Source: Macrostomum hystrix (taxonomy: Eukaryota; Animalia; Platyhelminthes). Taken from it: 64,000 nt of DNA. The DNA lies in the NCBI GenBank assembly GCA_950097015.1, contig CATNEN010000038.1:12338001-12402000 (forward strand). The letters run 5' to 3'. Positions 50,749 through 63,544 of this stretch are shown piece after piece. The first letter of the stretch is position 1. Each line of letters opens with the position of its first letter. The position numbers and the translations under genes were made by a program. A model generated the notes under the pieces. It was not told the DNA's origin, did not search any database, and saw only the letters and a program-made list of their open reading frames with translations.

Positions 50749-52802
50749 CATCGTGCATACACACGTGTGCAGTCGAAGGACCACTAGAGGAAAAAGGACT
50801 GGACACTTTGTTTCCTGAACAAAATTATTAAAGGCAGTTATGACGGGAAAATGCACTAGCGAGATAGTAACATTTGAATTTTTCGCATTCAAATGTTGAT
50901 AACATTTAACTACTCGTAAATGCTGTTCTTTAAAAAATGCTAAATTTGTTTCTTAAACGAATTTTAGAATTTTTTATTAATCAATAAGCGATCATTTAAA
51001 ATTCGTCTATAGCTTAGCCTACTGGTTTTTTAAGAAAAAATTCTACGTACGAGTCGGTATGACTAGTTATCGTAATACACTTAGCTCTACTTAATTAGAA
51101 AGTGACTAAAATTGAGTTAAATTGAATTGAGATTGCTTTTGACTAGCACTTGTGCTTCATGATAAAATATCCGTCCTTGTTCTAGGCGGTCATTGGTGCA
51201 GTCATACTCGCATGATTCATAGGACCGTTTCTGAATTTCTAAAGGCTCGACCGTGGACCGAATGTACACAAAATCGATATCATGGGAAGACAGTGAGAAC
51301 GAGCAATTGGTCGTTGACGGTGAAAGACTCTTATCTGAGCAGTGTTTGCTGATTGGCTGAGAGCAAATGCGCGGCGATCAGTTTGAGCTTTGCCATTCTC
51401 TGGCACTCTCTGATGGACTCCGCGGAGGAGGCCGAGTCGACGGCGGTGCCAAAACACAGCTGCAGCGGCTTCGCTTAAATGCCATTTTTTACTTCATGAA
51501 TAGCCTTCTGCAGGCGGTTGGGCACTTAGCAACGGGAAAGGTAGTGTTCCGCAATTGTTTTACCTTGAGTTATGATATGAACGATAGATTTTTCGTATCG
51601 GTTGAATTTTCTAAAAAAATTACTAATGGGCATCAATTGAAAGAGTCAAAACTTTTCGAAAGCGATCTTTTTCTCTTCTCTGTCCGAGTTTCGTACTAAT
51701 TCTTCTAGGAAGCAATTAATGGACTCGCAAGCTCAAAGTGGCTGTCAGCGTAGGAGCTGAAACTGGAAAAGAAGCAGTAGCTAATACAAGTCAAGGATGA
51801 CTAATCAGAATCACCACGCAGCCCATTAAGAGGGTTTCATTTAAGAGGATCAAAAAGCAAAAAACTACCGCACATCTGATTGGCTTTAGCAGCCGCAGCC
51901 AATTGGAGCTGAAAAAAGTTTGCAGAGAAGCAGCTGCAGCTCAAAGACGTGTACTTGTCAAAATATTTACGAGGTGCCGGCATAGATTATGACTTATGTA
52001 ATATATTGATTTGAAATAACTTTATTTTGAGTTATTTAGCAGCTAGAGAAACGCAAGAGAGTTAGCTCGTATGGCGCTGGGGGTTGAGTCCAAGGACTTG
52101 CAACTCAGCCATCAGTGCGTCAATTGCACAAACAATTCTTCCTTAACACCTGGCCCTTTTCCAGCGTCGGAAAATGAAACGTGGTCGATGCGACCAGAAG
52201 AGAACTGAGTGTTCGGCAGGTATAAAAAGTATCTATAATAATAAGAAAGCTAGGCGTTCATTATACCTGAACTCGTGCGTGCTCATGGGTCAGTGGTATG
52301 CGCAGAATTGCCTCCTCGCTGGCTGCAGTCGAGTGCCGCCAAATGATTCGCAGTACCCACAGACCCCTCAAGTCGCAGGATCCCAGGATCAGGACACGTC
52401 CTTTAGTTCAGCTCAGGCACTCTAAGTGCTGTGCCTGGATTCGAAGATTTTTATTTAAATTAGTTACTATTCGCTAGATAGCAGGACAATCTAATGGACC
52501 AGTTGCTATTCGCGGTGTATCGCGGTATCAAGAACTGTAATACTGGCAAAAACGGCACCAATTAAACGTGTTTTGGGCTATTGTATAAGTGTAGAACCGA
52601 TTAGAATCTAAATCTAAAATAAATCTAAAGTAAAAAAATTAAATTAAAGCCTCTAGCACACAGCAGAACAGATAAAGGTTCAGGTAGCTAACTCATATTT
52701 TAAGCTTCTAATCTTTGAGCAGTCATAGAACAGACAGTACAGTCTGCACAGGTCATTGTCAAGACTTCAAATTAGCCAGTTTCATGAGACTCCCATTTCG
52801 TC

Positions 52803-55461
52803 ATGGACGACGATGATAAAGAGCAGAAAATCGATTTCAAAGAGCCGGTTCTGAAGCCGCCAGACGCTGGCTACGGCTGGTTTGTGGTCCTCGGCTCATT
52901 CCTCTGCAACGCCATCGTCAATGGAATCTGCTATTCGTACGGCATCATGCGACTTCATATCGCCTCCTCCTTCCCTGGTGCGTCAGCCTCGCTTCTATCG
53001 CTTGGTGGAAGCGTTCTAATTGGCACATACCTGTTAATAGGTGAGTTTGAGCACTGAGGTCCAACATTTTAATATTATTGATATTCTACGATTAATCAAT
53101 AGGTCCCGTGAGCTCCACGCTGGCGAACAGGTTCGGTTTCCGGGTCGTTGTCATGGCCGGCGCAGCGATCTCCACTTTAGCCTTCGCTTCAGCCAGCTTT
53201 GTTACCAACATCCATGCCTTCGTGGGCTTGTTCGGATTCCTTGGTGGTGAGCATGCTTTTCTAACTGCGCAATCATACAGACTTGTTTCTTAACCAACTT
53301 AGTAAATTGGTGGAAATATAGCACAAGACTGTTCAAGGGCATTCGACGAGTAGGTCGGCTATGGTATTGTACATTTTTTTCTGTTATAGGTGTTGGATTC
53401 GGCTTAATCTATCTACCGGCTGTTGTCAGTGTCGGCTTCTGGTTCGAGAAGCGGCGCGCCTTGGCAACCGGCATCGCCGTCTGCGGCAGCGGCATCGGCA
53501 CCGCGGTGTTCGCCCCGCTCACCGATGCCCTGATCGACGCGCTGTCGTGGCGTGGCGCCCTCGTTGTCCTGGCCGGTCTGGCGCTGAACTGCGCCCTGGC
53601 CGGCAGCCTCTTCATGCCGCCGAAGCGATATCACCGCCTACGCCAGCTCCACCACAATGACACCAGCCAGACCGTCTTGCAACATCGGCTTTTGCAAGAA
53701 AGGGACGTGCAAGAAGTAAGTTTCAAGAGTGTTACGAAATTTCGATTTTTTATACAAAAGGCTGTCGTCGTCTGCTCATACGAGGGTACATTTGTGGTTC
53801 TGGTTGGCATAAAAATTGACAGCTGACGACCAAGCCCGATGGCACGACAGATCAGGGTCAGAAGCCAACACCATCTATTCATCAGATAATAGACTTTAGC
53901 CTGCTCAAGTCTTATACCTTCTGCCTGATGTCAATCACCGCACTACTCCCAACACTGGGTGAGACATGTTGCTTTATAATGCATATCAGAGATGCTCGAG
54001 ATATATGGAAGCAAATGTTTCTCTGCTGCAGGCTTTCTCCAGATGTACCAGTTTATCACTATTTACGCCATTAGTAAAGGTGTTCCGGACAGACAGGCCA
54101 CTATGCTGGTGTTTCTCATTGGCACCATTAACACCTTTGGTAGAGTTGCGTCGGGTAAGTCTTGCAATTTCAGAGCTACATTTATGCTCGTATGTTCAAT
54201 GCATGTGTACAGTAAAGTTGCATCATGTACTCCTTAACTAGGCTGGGCAAGCGACCAACCTTGGGCAGACAGCCTGTGGATCAACAATATCGCTCTAATT
54301 GGATCTGGGATAGCTACAGCGGCTATTCCCTTCTGCAGCACCTTCGTGCCGATGGCTGTGTGCCAGTCTGTACGGACTGTTCATCGGTGTGTCTCTTGAC
54401 AGAAGGAATTTACCCAACTACGAGTATTAACTGCCATTTTCTTACTCCTTAGGAGATAATTTCTTCCACCGACCTTTCTGCGCCTGATCGGAGGCATGCC
54501 ACGCCGCCGTTTAAAGCCAAGAACCTCCGCCTAGGTGAAGGCCAGTAGACAAACAATTGGCTGTGAAGATGCTGAAAAATGCGATCGACAGGCTGATAAA
54601 ATTTGAAGGCCTGTCAAAGCTATACTAAGAAGTGCATTGAAATTGGCTTTCAGGTAATTGTGGAACTTTTGTCAGAATCTGTCCGAAGTAACTCGACGTC
54701 CTGGACGTGGCTTGAATCGTTGCTTCGTTCAAGCGCAGAAAAAATTATCAAGTTGAAAATCCCCCTGTTAACTTCGGATTGTTTATTAGATTTGCTTGCG
54801 TTGGTAATATTGCAGGTCTGTGGGCAATGGCACATCATTTGATGACAATAGACTCGCATGCCAGCGAGGAAGCAATTCTGAACATTTCGTTGACTTCTGA
54901 GCACACACGTACAGAGACTGTACGCAGGCATACACTCACACAGGTGTGTACATCTGCCCTGACTTTCTCATCGTTACGCAGTGTACACTCCAAGCCTTCT
55001 CTCCGCGGCTGCATCCCAAATAAATGTGGCCTCGCCGCGGAATCGAGCTGAGGGAAGATGGTGCGAGACGCAAAGCGTTAACCGCTCTGCGACTGACCAC
55101 CTTCATTGCTTGGGTTACTATGGAAATTAATTAAGCAAAAAAATAATTATCGACAGCCGCGTACGTCACGCTGCGCACAGTCCTGTTGGTGGAGCTAATA
55201 GGACTGCACCGGCTCGCCAATGCGTACGGCCTTCTGCTGCTTGTCCAGGGCGTCGGCATCACAGCCGGTCCGCCGCTCAGCTCGGCCATAGACGCCCTGA
55301 ACCCGAGCGCCGATTTCTCTCTGTCATTTTACACATCCGGCGCCCTGATAGGCATGTCCGGCCTGCTCGGAGTCCCGCTGCGAGCCGTCAGCCGCTGGGA
55401 GAGAGCCCGGACGCAGTCTATAAGTGCCCGAAGTACTATTCGAGCTGAAGGAAGCGACTGA
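52803..55461 (+). CDS. Monocarboxylate transporter (SLC16/MCT family, MFS), 7 exons, with apparent frameshift in exon 6
   Basis: Exons 52803-53040, 53103-53246, 53390-53715, 53823-53958, 54032-54154, 54242-54386, 55157-55461. Motifs: PPDAGYGWFVVLGSF, WFEKRRALATGIAVCGSGIG, SWRGAL, GRVASGWASD, VELIGLHRLANAYG. The summed length of 1417 nt is not a multiple of 3. Confidence 0.9.
54805..55101 (-). mobile_element. tRNA-derived SINE (family 3) in MCT intron 6
   Basis: Reverse-complement match to 59549-59868 (gcagagcgg..tcgattccgcggcga..cagccgcggagagaagg..aaatgatgtgcc). Confidence 0.8.
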
Positions 55462-55800
55462 GCAGCGGTGATGATGCAGCCACACATAACTAAGAGTATA
55501 TCCATTGTCTATGAAACATTTGGTGACGTTGTGCAAGTCCATTACTTCCTACACATTTAAATAGACATTAGCATGTGGTCGCAGGAGCGTCTGAGAAAGA
55601 TCTTTTGAGGAAGATTGAAACGTTCTGTAACTTCAGATCGTATAGATAAACAGACGGGATGGTATTGACAACATTTTTGGCCAGATGCACAGTCAGTGGC
55701 ACAGTCGCGGCTACAAAGGCTCATTGTCAAAGCTTGTCAAAAAACTTATTTTATAACAGTTTATTTACTACGAGGGCACACACTTTCTCCATAATAACAT

Positions 55801-56014
55801 ATTAATAATTATTATTAATAATAATAACAATTGCAGGAGGGCTGCGGGGAATGGCACATCAGTTGGTGACACTAGACCCGCAGCCAGCGAGGAGGCAATT
55901 CTGCCCATTCCGCTGACTCCTAGGAGCACACACGCACACAGATACTGTACGCAGGCACACGCTCACACAGGTGTGTACATCTGTCCTGACTTTCTAATCG
56001 TCAGGCAGTGTACA
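55801..56014 (-). mobile_element. 5'-truncated SINE (family 3) with ATT-rich tail
   Basis: Matches the 3' half of 59549-59868 and 62590-62876 (ggagtcagcggaatgggcagaattgcctcctcgctggctgcgggtctagtgtcacc). Confidence 0.8.
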
Positions 56015-56699
56015 GACAGGCAATTTGCTTCAAGACAAAGATGCGTTTCCAAACTATGCGTTTGCGCAAACAGTAATTTATTTAAAAATTAAATAGAACA
56101 AAGAAAATGAAGTCCTTAAAAAGGGTCGAATAATATTCCGATTATACTATTTTTTCATATCAGTAATATATCAGTAATATTATCTATTGCTTAGCACAAT
56201 ACTAGCAGTTCACATATAGAAATTAGATTGTAACTCCAGAATAGTACGATTAAAATAGCTACAGAAAGCACTAAAACAAATATTCGAACTTTTGCATGTT
56301 GAAGTTAACAGAAAATAAACAATTATGATATCATTTTTTAAAAAACAAATACTGAGGTGTTTTTACCTGTCACAGTGATGACTTAATGTCTTTGAGTCAG
56401 TCTTAAAGTTCCCGAATAGTAACTGAATTTACTATTTACACCGTTGAAAACTTTAATTCGGAATGCCAAAAATGCGAAATAATCTTAAGAGTTAAAAAGA
56501 AGAAAAGTGAACAGATTTAAATAAAAGACAACAGATCCATGAAATAAAGCTTTTAAAAGAAATTATGTGTTGTAAAGGCAGCATTTTATCACAAAATAAA
56601 GTCTGCATAAAAGCGATCGAACTAGCGAGTGTAATCGATAAAATAAAGGTGTAACCCATCGACGTGTATTCCTACTTCATGAGAGAATAATCAGAGACT

Positions 56700-57550
56700 G
56701 AAGATGTAATTTATTAATTGAAAGTGTAATCAATTGCATGAACGTGTAATCTATCGATCGATGGGGTAATCAAATGAATGAGGGTGTAACCAACTGAATG
56801 AGGGTGTAATACATTGAATGAGGGTGCAAGCAATTAAATCAAGGTGTAATCAATTCAATTAGGGTGTAATCGATTGAATGAGGGTGTAATAAATTGAATG
56901 TGGGTGTAATCAATTAATTGAGGGCGAAATCAATTGAATTAGGGTATAATCGATCTTCTGAGGGTGTAATCAATTGAATGAGGGCATAATCAATTGAATG
57001 AGGGTATAATCAATTGAATGAGGGTATAATCAATTGAATGAGGGTGTAATCAATTGAATGAGGGTGTAATCAATTGAATGAGGGTGTAATCAATTGAATG
57101 AGGGTGTAATAAATCAATTGAATGAACGTGTAATCTATCAATCGAGGGGGTAATCAACTGGATGAGGGTGTAATCAATTGAATGAACGTGTAATCTATCG
57201 ATCGAGGCGGTAATAAATTGAATGTTGGTGTAATCAATTAATTGAGGGTGTAATCAATTGAATAAGGGTATAATCGATCTTCTGAGGGTGTAATCAATCG
57301 AATGAACGTGAAATCTATTGATCGAGGGGTAATCAGCTGAATGAGGGTGTAATCAATTGAATGAGGGTTTAATTAATTGAATTAGGGTGTAATCAATTGA
57401 AAAATGGTATAATCGATCTTCTGAGGGTGTAATAAATTGAATGAACGTGTAATCTATCGATCGAGGGGGTAATCAGCTGAATGAGGGTGTAATCAACTGA
57501 ATGAGGGTGTAATCAACTGAATCAGGTCTAATCAATTGAACGAGCGTGTA
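56700..57550. repeat. 20-bp minisatellite (gagggtgtaatcaattgaat)n just downstream of the lipase gene
   Basis: About 40 variably degenerate copies. Confidence 0.93.
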
Positions 57551-57609
57551 ACGAATAAAATTCGAGACAGCATTATCTCCGAGAGTTCTCCCCAGCATCT
57601 GATACACTC

Positions 57610-60600
57610 CTACTGGATGTGGCTGATCAGCCGGTAAAGCCGTTCGTAGAATTGGCGCTGCTTGCTGCGCTTCACCTTGGCGAAACTTTCGCCGTCGCTG
57701 TCGGCCATGCGAAGGCCGGTCCACCGGGCGAGAGCCGCGGCGCCGTCCAGCACAGCCGCGGTGATGCTCCAGCGCTGCCGAGGCGGCTCCCAGACCAGGC
57801 TGCGGCCGAACACAGGGTCGCCGTGGTCCCAATCGGTGTCGAAATCGCCGGCCAGACCGTTGGCCCATAGACAGTGCCAACGGCCGGGCACCAATAGTCG
57901 AAGCTCGCAAACGCGGCTGCCCGGGTCAATCCGAATCGGGATAGGCCGTCTAGCGGAGCCGCCGACAAGCGGCGCGCGCTGGCTGGCCAGAGGCACCAGG
58001 CCGTCGTTGTGACGCCAGTCGATAGTGTTGGAGCCGGGGAGCCGGTGTTCGACCAGCTCGGCGCACATGAAAGCGCAGGGCAGCAGGAGGAAGGCGCTGC
58101 AATGGCTGGTGGGCCGGACGAAACCGCTGCGACGAGGAGCGTTTGAACGTCCGGTATCAGCAGCGGCGCTATGGTCAGCCGCTGACTCCCAAGACGGCTC
58201 CAATGATTCAATGGGCTCGTCAACATCTGAGCTGGCGTCAGCAGATCTGCCGCCAAAGCTAAAATGCCTTGTACACTTGGTGAGTATGCTCAGGTAGTAG
58301 CAGGCTGGTTGATCGTCGCCAATTTTCTTGTTGAGTTCCAGCGAGCCCTCGAGGCTCAGGTCGTAGGCCAGGTTGTCTTTGCCGGCTAGGAAGTTGTGAC
58401 TGACACCGCGAAGCTTCGAGTTCAAGTTGGAGTAGGATCTGATATGCGAGGCGGTTGGTGGCTTGCTATGGAGGAGAGGTGGCTCGCTATGCAGGAGAGG
58501 TGGTGTGCTATGGAGGAGGGGTGGCTCGCTATGGAGGAGGGGTGGTGTGCTATGGAGGAGGGGTGGTGTGCTATGGAGGAGGGGTGGTGTGCTATGGAGG
58601 AGAGGTGGCTCGCTATGGAGGAGAGGTGGTGTGCTATGGAGGAGGGGTGGTGTGCTAGGTAGGAGAGGTGGCTCGCTATGGAGGAGGGGTGGTGTGCTAT
58701 GGAGGAGGGGTGGTGTGCTATGGAGGAGGGGTGGTGTGCTATGGAGGAGGGGTGGTGTGCTATGGAGGAGGGGTGGTTTGCTAGGTAGGAGAGGTGGCTC
58801 GCTATGGAGGAGGGGTGGTGTGCTATGGAGGAGGGGTGGTGTGCTATGGAGGAGGGGTGGTGTGCTATGGAGGAGGGGTGGTGTGCTATGGAGAAGGGGT
58901 GGTGTGCTATGGAGGAGGGGTGGTGTGCTATGGAGGAGGGGTGGTGTGCTATGGAGAAGGGGTGGTTCGCTATAGAGAAGGGTGGTTTTGCTATGGAGTA
59001 GGGGTGCGTGGCTAGCTACGCTATGCAAGTAAGGGTGATGAAAAGGTTTTGCAAACCTGAAGTCCTCATTTTCCAGCCCCCAGTGCTCCAGTCGCCAGTG
59101 ACGCAGGCGTCCACGATTTTCGCGGGGCACTCCTTGCAGTGTTTCGATGAGCTCAACGCAGCTGACTAGGGGCACAAGGCTGGGCCACTGGAACAGGCCG
59201 GTCTCACGACTGCAGCCGTACAGATAGGTGGCGGTGGAGCCGTTTAAAGGACTGGCAATGCAGGTGACGGATTTTATCCAGGCTGCAGTGGTTTCAAGAC
59301 CCCAGAAATCTGTGGCTAGCAGGTGGTGCAGCATTCTGAAAGGTTAATTATCAATCCAAATATAAAATATAACAGAAATAAAACCGATTAAAACTGTGTT
59401 AATTGTATACTGCCAGGACGATATTAAGAGTAGCATCAAGTTTAGCCCCCTCCGGGAGAGCATGAAAACTTCTATAGAAGACTTGTGGCCGATTAGAATA
59501 GAAAATGATCCAGTGGCACAGCTGCAGCTATAGGATTGCACTTGAGTAGGGGTGAGTGGCAGAGCGGTCTAATACGGCTGCCTCTCGCACTAATGTCCGT
59601 GAGCTCGATTCCGCGGCGTGACCACATTTATTTGGGGCGCAGCCGCGGAGAGAAGGATTGGGGGCTTGTCGTGCAATTTACGCCCTTGAGGGGCAAACCT
59701 CCAAGGCACAGTGAGAGTGTACGCTGCCTAACAATGAGAAAGTGCCCTGTGTGAGTGTGTGCTCAGGAGTCAGCGGTATGGGCAGAATTGACTCCTAGCT
59801 GCGTGTCTAGTGTCACCAAATGATGAGTCACAGCTGACGGCCCTCCTGCAATTATTATTATTATTATTTACATTTATTAGTTACAAGCTATTCAGTCCAT
59901 GGACTGGTGCTGCCGCCCTGCTCATCAAAATATTGCAAAGAATTTCACGACTCAAACATATAAACGTATGTTAAAGAAACGAACTTCCGACCTCTGGATG
60001 AAAAGTGCAAGCTGCTCAAATCACGCACCTGATTGTGTTGCCGCCAGCCGAATGGCCTACAAAATGGCACGGCCTGTCCGGTCCCCAATCCGGCCACAGT
60101 CCGGGCTGCTGGCTAAAATCTGTGCCGAACTGTTCGTGCCCGAACTCGGCCGAATGCTCGGCGCCAAAGTCGGTCCGTCGGCCGAGCAGCTGGGCGAACA
60201 GTTCGCAGGCTCGGTCGTGCTGGGAACTGACCGGACCCAAGGAAGCCTGCAGAATTGTCAGGCCGGACTTGTCCGTGTCCTCGGCCACCCCGGTGTCCCA
60301 GTAGGCCACGCGACCGTGCGGAGTCTCCATCTCGGTGGGACCCCAGCCGAGTAGGCCGGGCACCAGCACCACAGCCTGGCGGCCTTCACTGGCTGGCTGC
60401 TCAATCTGCAATGCGATTACAGCTCTGTGCTCAGTGTACTGCAGCAATAGCCAAGATTGGACTGTTAATGTATATAAATAATAAAAACTTTAACTTCCAC
60501 AGTTAAACACGCTCTACCAAGCTAAACAATTAAACAAATGGCATTTTAGTTTATTTCACTTATTAACGCACTCTTCAATAAGGTGTTAAAAGACGATTTT

Positions 60601-60689
60601 TGAAAAGCTACAATAGATAAGAATGGGTGGGTTTTCTAATGCATGGGGTCAGCAACTTCATAAACCTCGCGGATTAGACGGGGTGGCAT
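57610..60689 (-). CDS. Alpha/beta-hydrolase lipase of the bacterial Geobacillus/Staphylococcus (family I.5/I.6) type, ~502 aa, intron-containing
   Basis: Exons 60405-60029, 59335-59057 and 58438-57610 are well supported (GT-AG, phase-2 joins). The first exon 60689-60666 (MPPRLIRE) is tentative. Motifs: VVLVPGLLGWG, ASLGPVSSQHDRACELF, DFGAEHSAEFGH, HFVGHSAGGNTIR, SPLNGST, DNLAYDLS, WRHNDGLV..SQ, WDHGD. Confidence 0.87.
58455..59000. repeat. 21-bp minisatellite (gctatggaggaggggtggtgt)n filling a lipase intron
   Basis: About 25 copies between donor 59056 and acceptor 58439 (minus strand). Confidence 0.95.
59549..59868 (+). mobile_element. tRNA-derived SINE (family 3) in a lipase intron
   Basis: A box tggcagagcgg, B-box-like agctcgattcc, 3' end tctagtgtcacc..ccctcctgca and (ATT)n tail. 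Several other copies occur in the window. Confidence 0.85.
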
Positions 60690-60699
60690 CAGACTAGGG

Positions 60700-61865
60700 A
60701 GGGATGAAACAGGAGGGATAAGACAGGAGGCAGGGATGAGACAGGAGGGATAAGACAGGAGGGATAAGACAGGAGGGATGAGACAGGAGGGATAAGACAG
60801 GAGGGATAAGACAGGAGGGATGAGACAGGAGGGATAAGACAGGAGGGATAAGACAGGAGGGATGAGACAGGAGGGATGAGACAGGAGGGATGAGACAGGA
60901 GGGATAAGACAGGAGGGATAAGACAGGAGGGATGAGACAGGAGGGATGAGACAGGAGGGATAAGACAGGAGGGATAAGACAGGAGGGATGAGACAGGAGG
61001 GATAAGACAGGAGGGATAAGACAGGAGGGATGAGACAGGAGGGATAAGACAGGAGGGATGAGACAGGAGGGATAAGACAGGAGGCAGGGATGAGACAGGA
61101 GGGATAAGACAGGAGGGACGAGACAGGAGGGATGAGACAGGAGGGATAAGACAGGAGGGATAAGACAGGAGGGATGAGACAGGAGGGATAAGACAGGAGG
61201 GATGAGACAGGAGGGATGAGACAGGAGGGACGAGACAGGAGGGATGAGACAGGAGGGATAAGACAGGAGGGATAAGACAGGAGGGACGAGACAGGAGGGA
61301 TGAGACAGGAGGGATAAGACAGGAGGGATGAGACAGGAGGGATGAGACAGGAGGGATAAGACAGGAGGGATAAGACAGGAGGGATGAGACAGGAGGGATG
61401 AGACAGGAGGGATAAGACAGGAGGGATGAGACAGGAGGGATAAGACAGGAGGGATAAGACAGGAGGGATGAGACAGGAGGGATAAGACAGGAGGGATGAG
61501 ACAGGAGGGATAAGACAGGAGGCAGGGATGAGACAGGAGGGATAAGACAGGAGGGACGAGACAGGAGGGATGAGACACGGTACCGATGAGACACGGTACC
61601 GATGAGACACGGTACCGATGAGACACGGTACCGATGAGACACGGTACCGATGAGACACGGTACCAATGAGTCACGGTACCGATGAGACACGGTACCGATG
61701 AGACACGGTACCGATGAGACACGGTAACGATGAGACATGGTACCGATGAGACACGGTAACGATGAGACACGGTACCGATGAGACACGGTACCAATGAGTC
61801 ACGGTACCGATGAGACACGGTACCAATGAGACACCGGAGAGACGAGACACCCGAGAGATGAGACA
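60700..61865. repeat. Compound minisatellite: 14-bp (gacaggagggat[a/g]a)n to ~61575, then 16-bp (gatgagacacggtacc)n
   Basis: Two abutting arrays share the gatgagac core. They explain the repetitive ORFs at 60636-62052. Confidence 0.96.
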
Positions 61866-62329
61866 GGTGACAGTATGTTTGGAAGGGGTAAGGGGTAATT
61901 GGATTTTTTTGTTTCGTAAGCGAGTTTCGGCAGTTGCCGACTCCTGAGAGCAAGAGAAACATGAAATAACAGAAAGATTTTATTAAAAGAGGCCAAAAGG
62001 TGAAATGCACGCAAGCACTCTCAGCTCGGAGCTGGCAGGGGCTACAACACAATCGCTTAGAAATCGATCGGAAAATTCAAGCTAATTATAAAATAGATCG
62101 GAACTTATCAAACAAACGCGACTCATAATGATTCTTTAACTAACAGAAAGCATTATAAGATGGCAAATAATTATTGATCAGTAAACGATGTCATTTTACT
62201 TTCCTTGCTATTACTAAGCCTAAAAGATTTATAAATTTATATATGAGGATTTGAATTTCATGTTACAAGTCTTTGTAACTAGGGATTATAAATATTAAAA
62301 TAGAACCATCATAAAACAATCACGATGAT

Positions 62330-62876
62330 GGTTGTAGCCTAGTGTTAGACTTGAAGGTCGGGAGTTCGAATCTCGACTGGACAAAAAAATGTGTGTCCAT
62401 TTAGCAATTATAAGACACCTAACATTGGATTGCCTTAGTTCATCCAGCTGTGAAGTGGGTACCAGCATCAGTCCATGGACTGAACAGCCGTACGCAGCCT
62501 TCAGATGCGCCGCGCAATAGTTGCGGCTGTGCTGTCAGCTGCACAATTAATGCCATTTTGGCAAGTGTAATATATTATTCTTTGGGGACTTTTAGGGGGT
62601 CGTTGGCGCGTTTTCCTCTCGCGCCAAGGTCCCTAAGTTCGATTCCGCGACGAGGCCAGATTAATTTCGGGCGCAGCCGCGGAGAGAAGGCTTGGGGGCT
62701 TGTCATGCAATTTACACCCTTAAGGGCCAACCTCCAAGGCTCATTTGTGCTGCTATGTGTGCTCAGGAGTCAGCGGAATGGGCAGAATTGCCTCTTTGCT
62801 GGCTGTGGGTCTAGTATCACCAAATGATGTGCCAATGCCTGCAGCCCTCCTGCAATTACTAAAATTATTATTATTG
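62330..62876 (+). mobile_element. Head-to-tail SINE pair: family 2 (62330-62550) followed by family 3 (62590-62876)
   Basis: The first part matches the reverse complement of 30970-31238. The second matches 59549-59868 and ends in an ATT tail. Confidence 0.82.
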
Positions 62877-62963
62877 GGATTTTTACTCTTCAAGCTTTAT
62901 AAATACAGAGCAACCAGCAGTTCCTAGGCACTGTCTAATAGATAATCTGACAGTTTATTAAAT

Positions 62964-63365
62964 CTATTTCTTAACGCCGGCCTTCTTAGCAGTGCTGTCA
63001 CTCTCCAGGCTGCGATACTCGGCCACCAGCTGCAGTTGCAGGTCCGATGGCACAGGGCAGTAGCGACTGTACTCCATGACGAACTCGCCCTTGCCCTGGG
63101 TGATGCTGCGCAGTTCGCCAATGAACCCGAACATGTGGTTGAGCGGCACTTCGCATTCAATCACGCAGGTGTCGTCCATCAGATCCGAGTGGGTGATGAG
63201 GCCGGTGCGGCGGACTAGAGCTGCCATCACCACCGTCTGGAACTCGACAGGCGTGTTCACCTCCACCAGCATGACCGGCTCAAGCACGTGCCAGGTGCCG
63301 TGGTCTTGCATTTCTCGGACAGCGTGCATTGCGGCCAGCTGGAATGACCAGTCGCTGCTGTCTAC
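62964..63365 (-). CDS. GFM1: Last exon of mitochondrial elongation factor G1 (domain IV end and domain V); the rest of the gene lies beyond the window
   Basis: Acceptor tacag|GTA at 63365. Translation: [62 protein letters not shown], ending at TAG 62964-62966. Confidence 0.93.
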   Translation of the reverse strand, partial: VDSSDWSFQLAAMHAVREMQDHGTWHVLEPVMLVEVNTPVEFQTVVMAALVRRTGLITHSDLMDDTCVIECEVPLNHMFGFIGELRSITQGKGEFVMEYSRYCPVPSDLQLQLVAEYRSLESDSTAKKAGVKK

Positions 63366-63544
63366 CTGTAGGGAGAAGTTTCATAGATCACTGTTTGATA
63401 TGCACCCGTAAATTTACTGACAACAGTGGGTTGCTAGACCACAGATTTGAGAGTGGCATCTACATAATCGATTAAACATCTACAGATGCCAAAGAAACAG
63501 CAGATCTGGAAATCACAATTTTTAAGAACCTTTCTACTTATCTA

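Noticed and set aside
48039-50892. Many long repetitive ORFs, and a CRISPR-like look
   Set aside because: A pure 30-bp tandem repeat with no unique spacers, no cas genes and a eukaryotic context. The ORFs are by-products.
51239-51699. GC-richer patch with short ORFs on both strands
   Set aside because: No recognisable motifs or consistent splice structure.
60636-62052. 340-452 aa Leu/Ser/Pro repetitive ORFs
   Set aside because: Translations of the 14/16-bp minisatellites.
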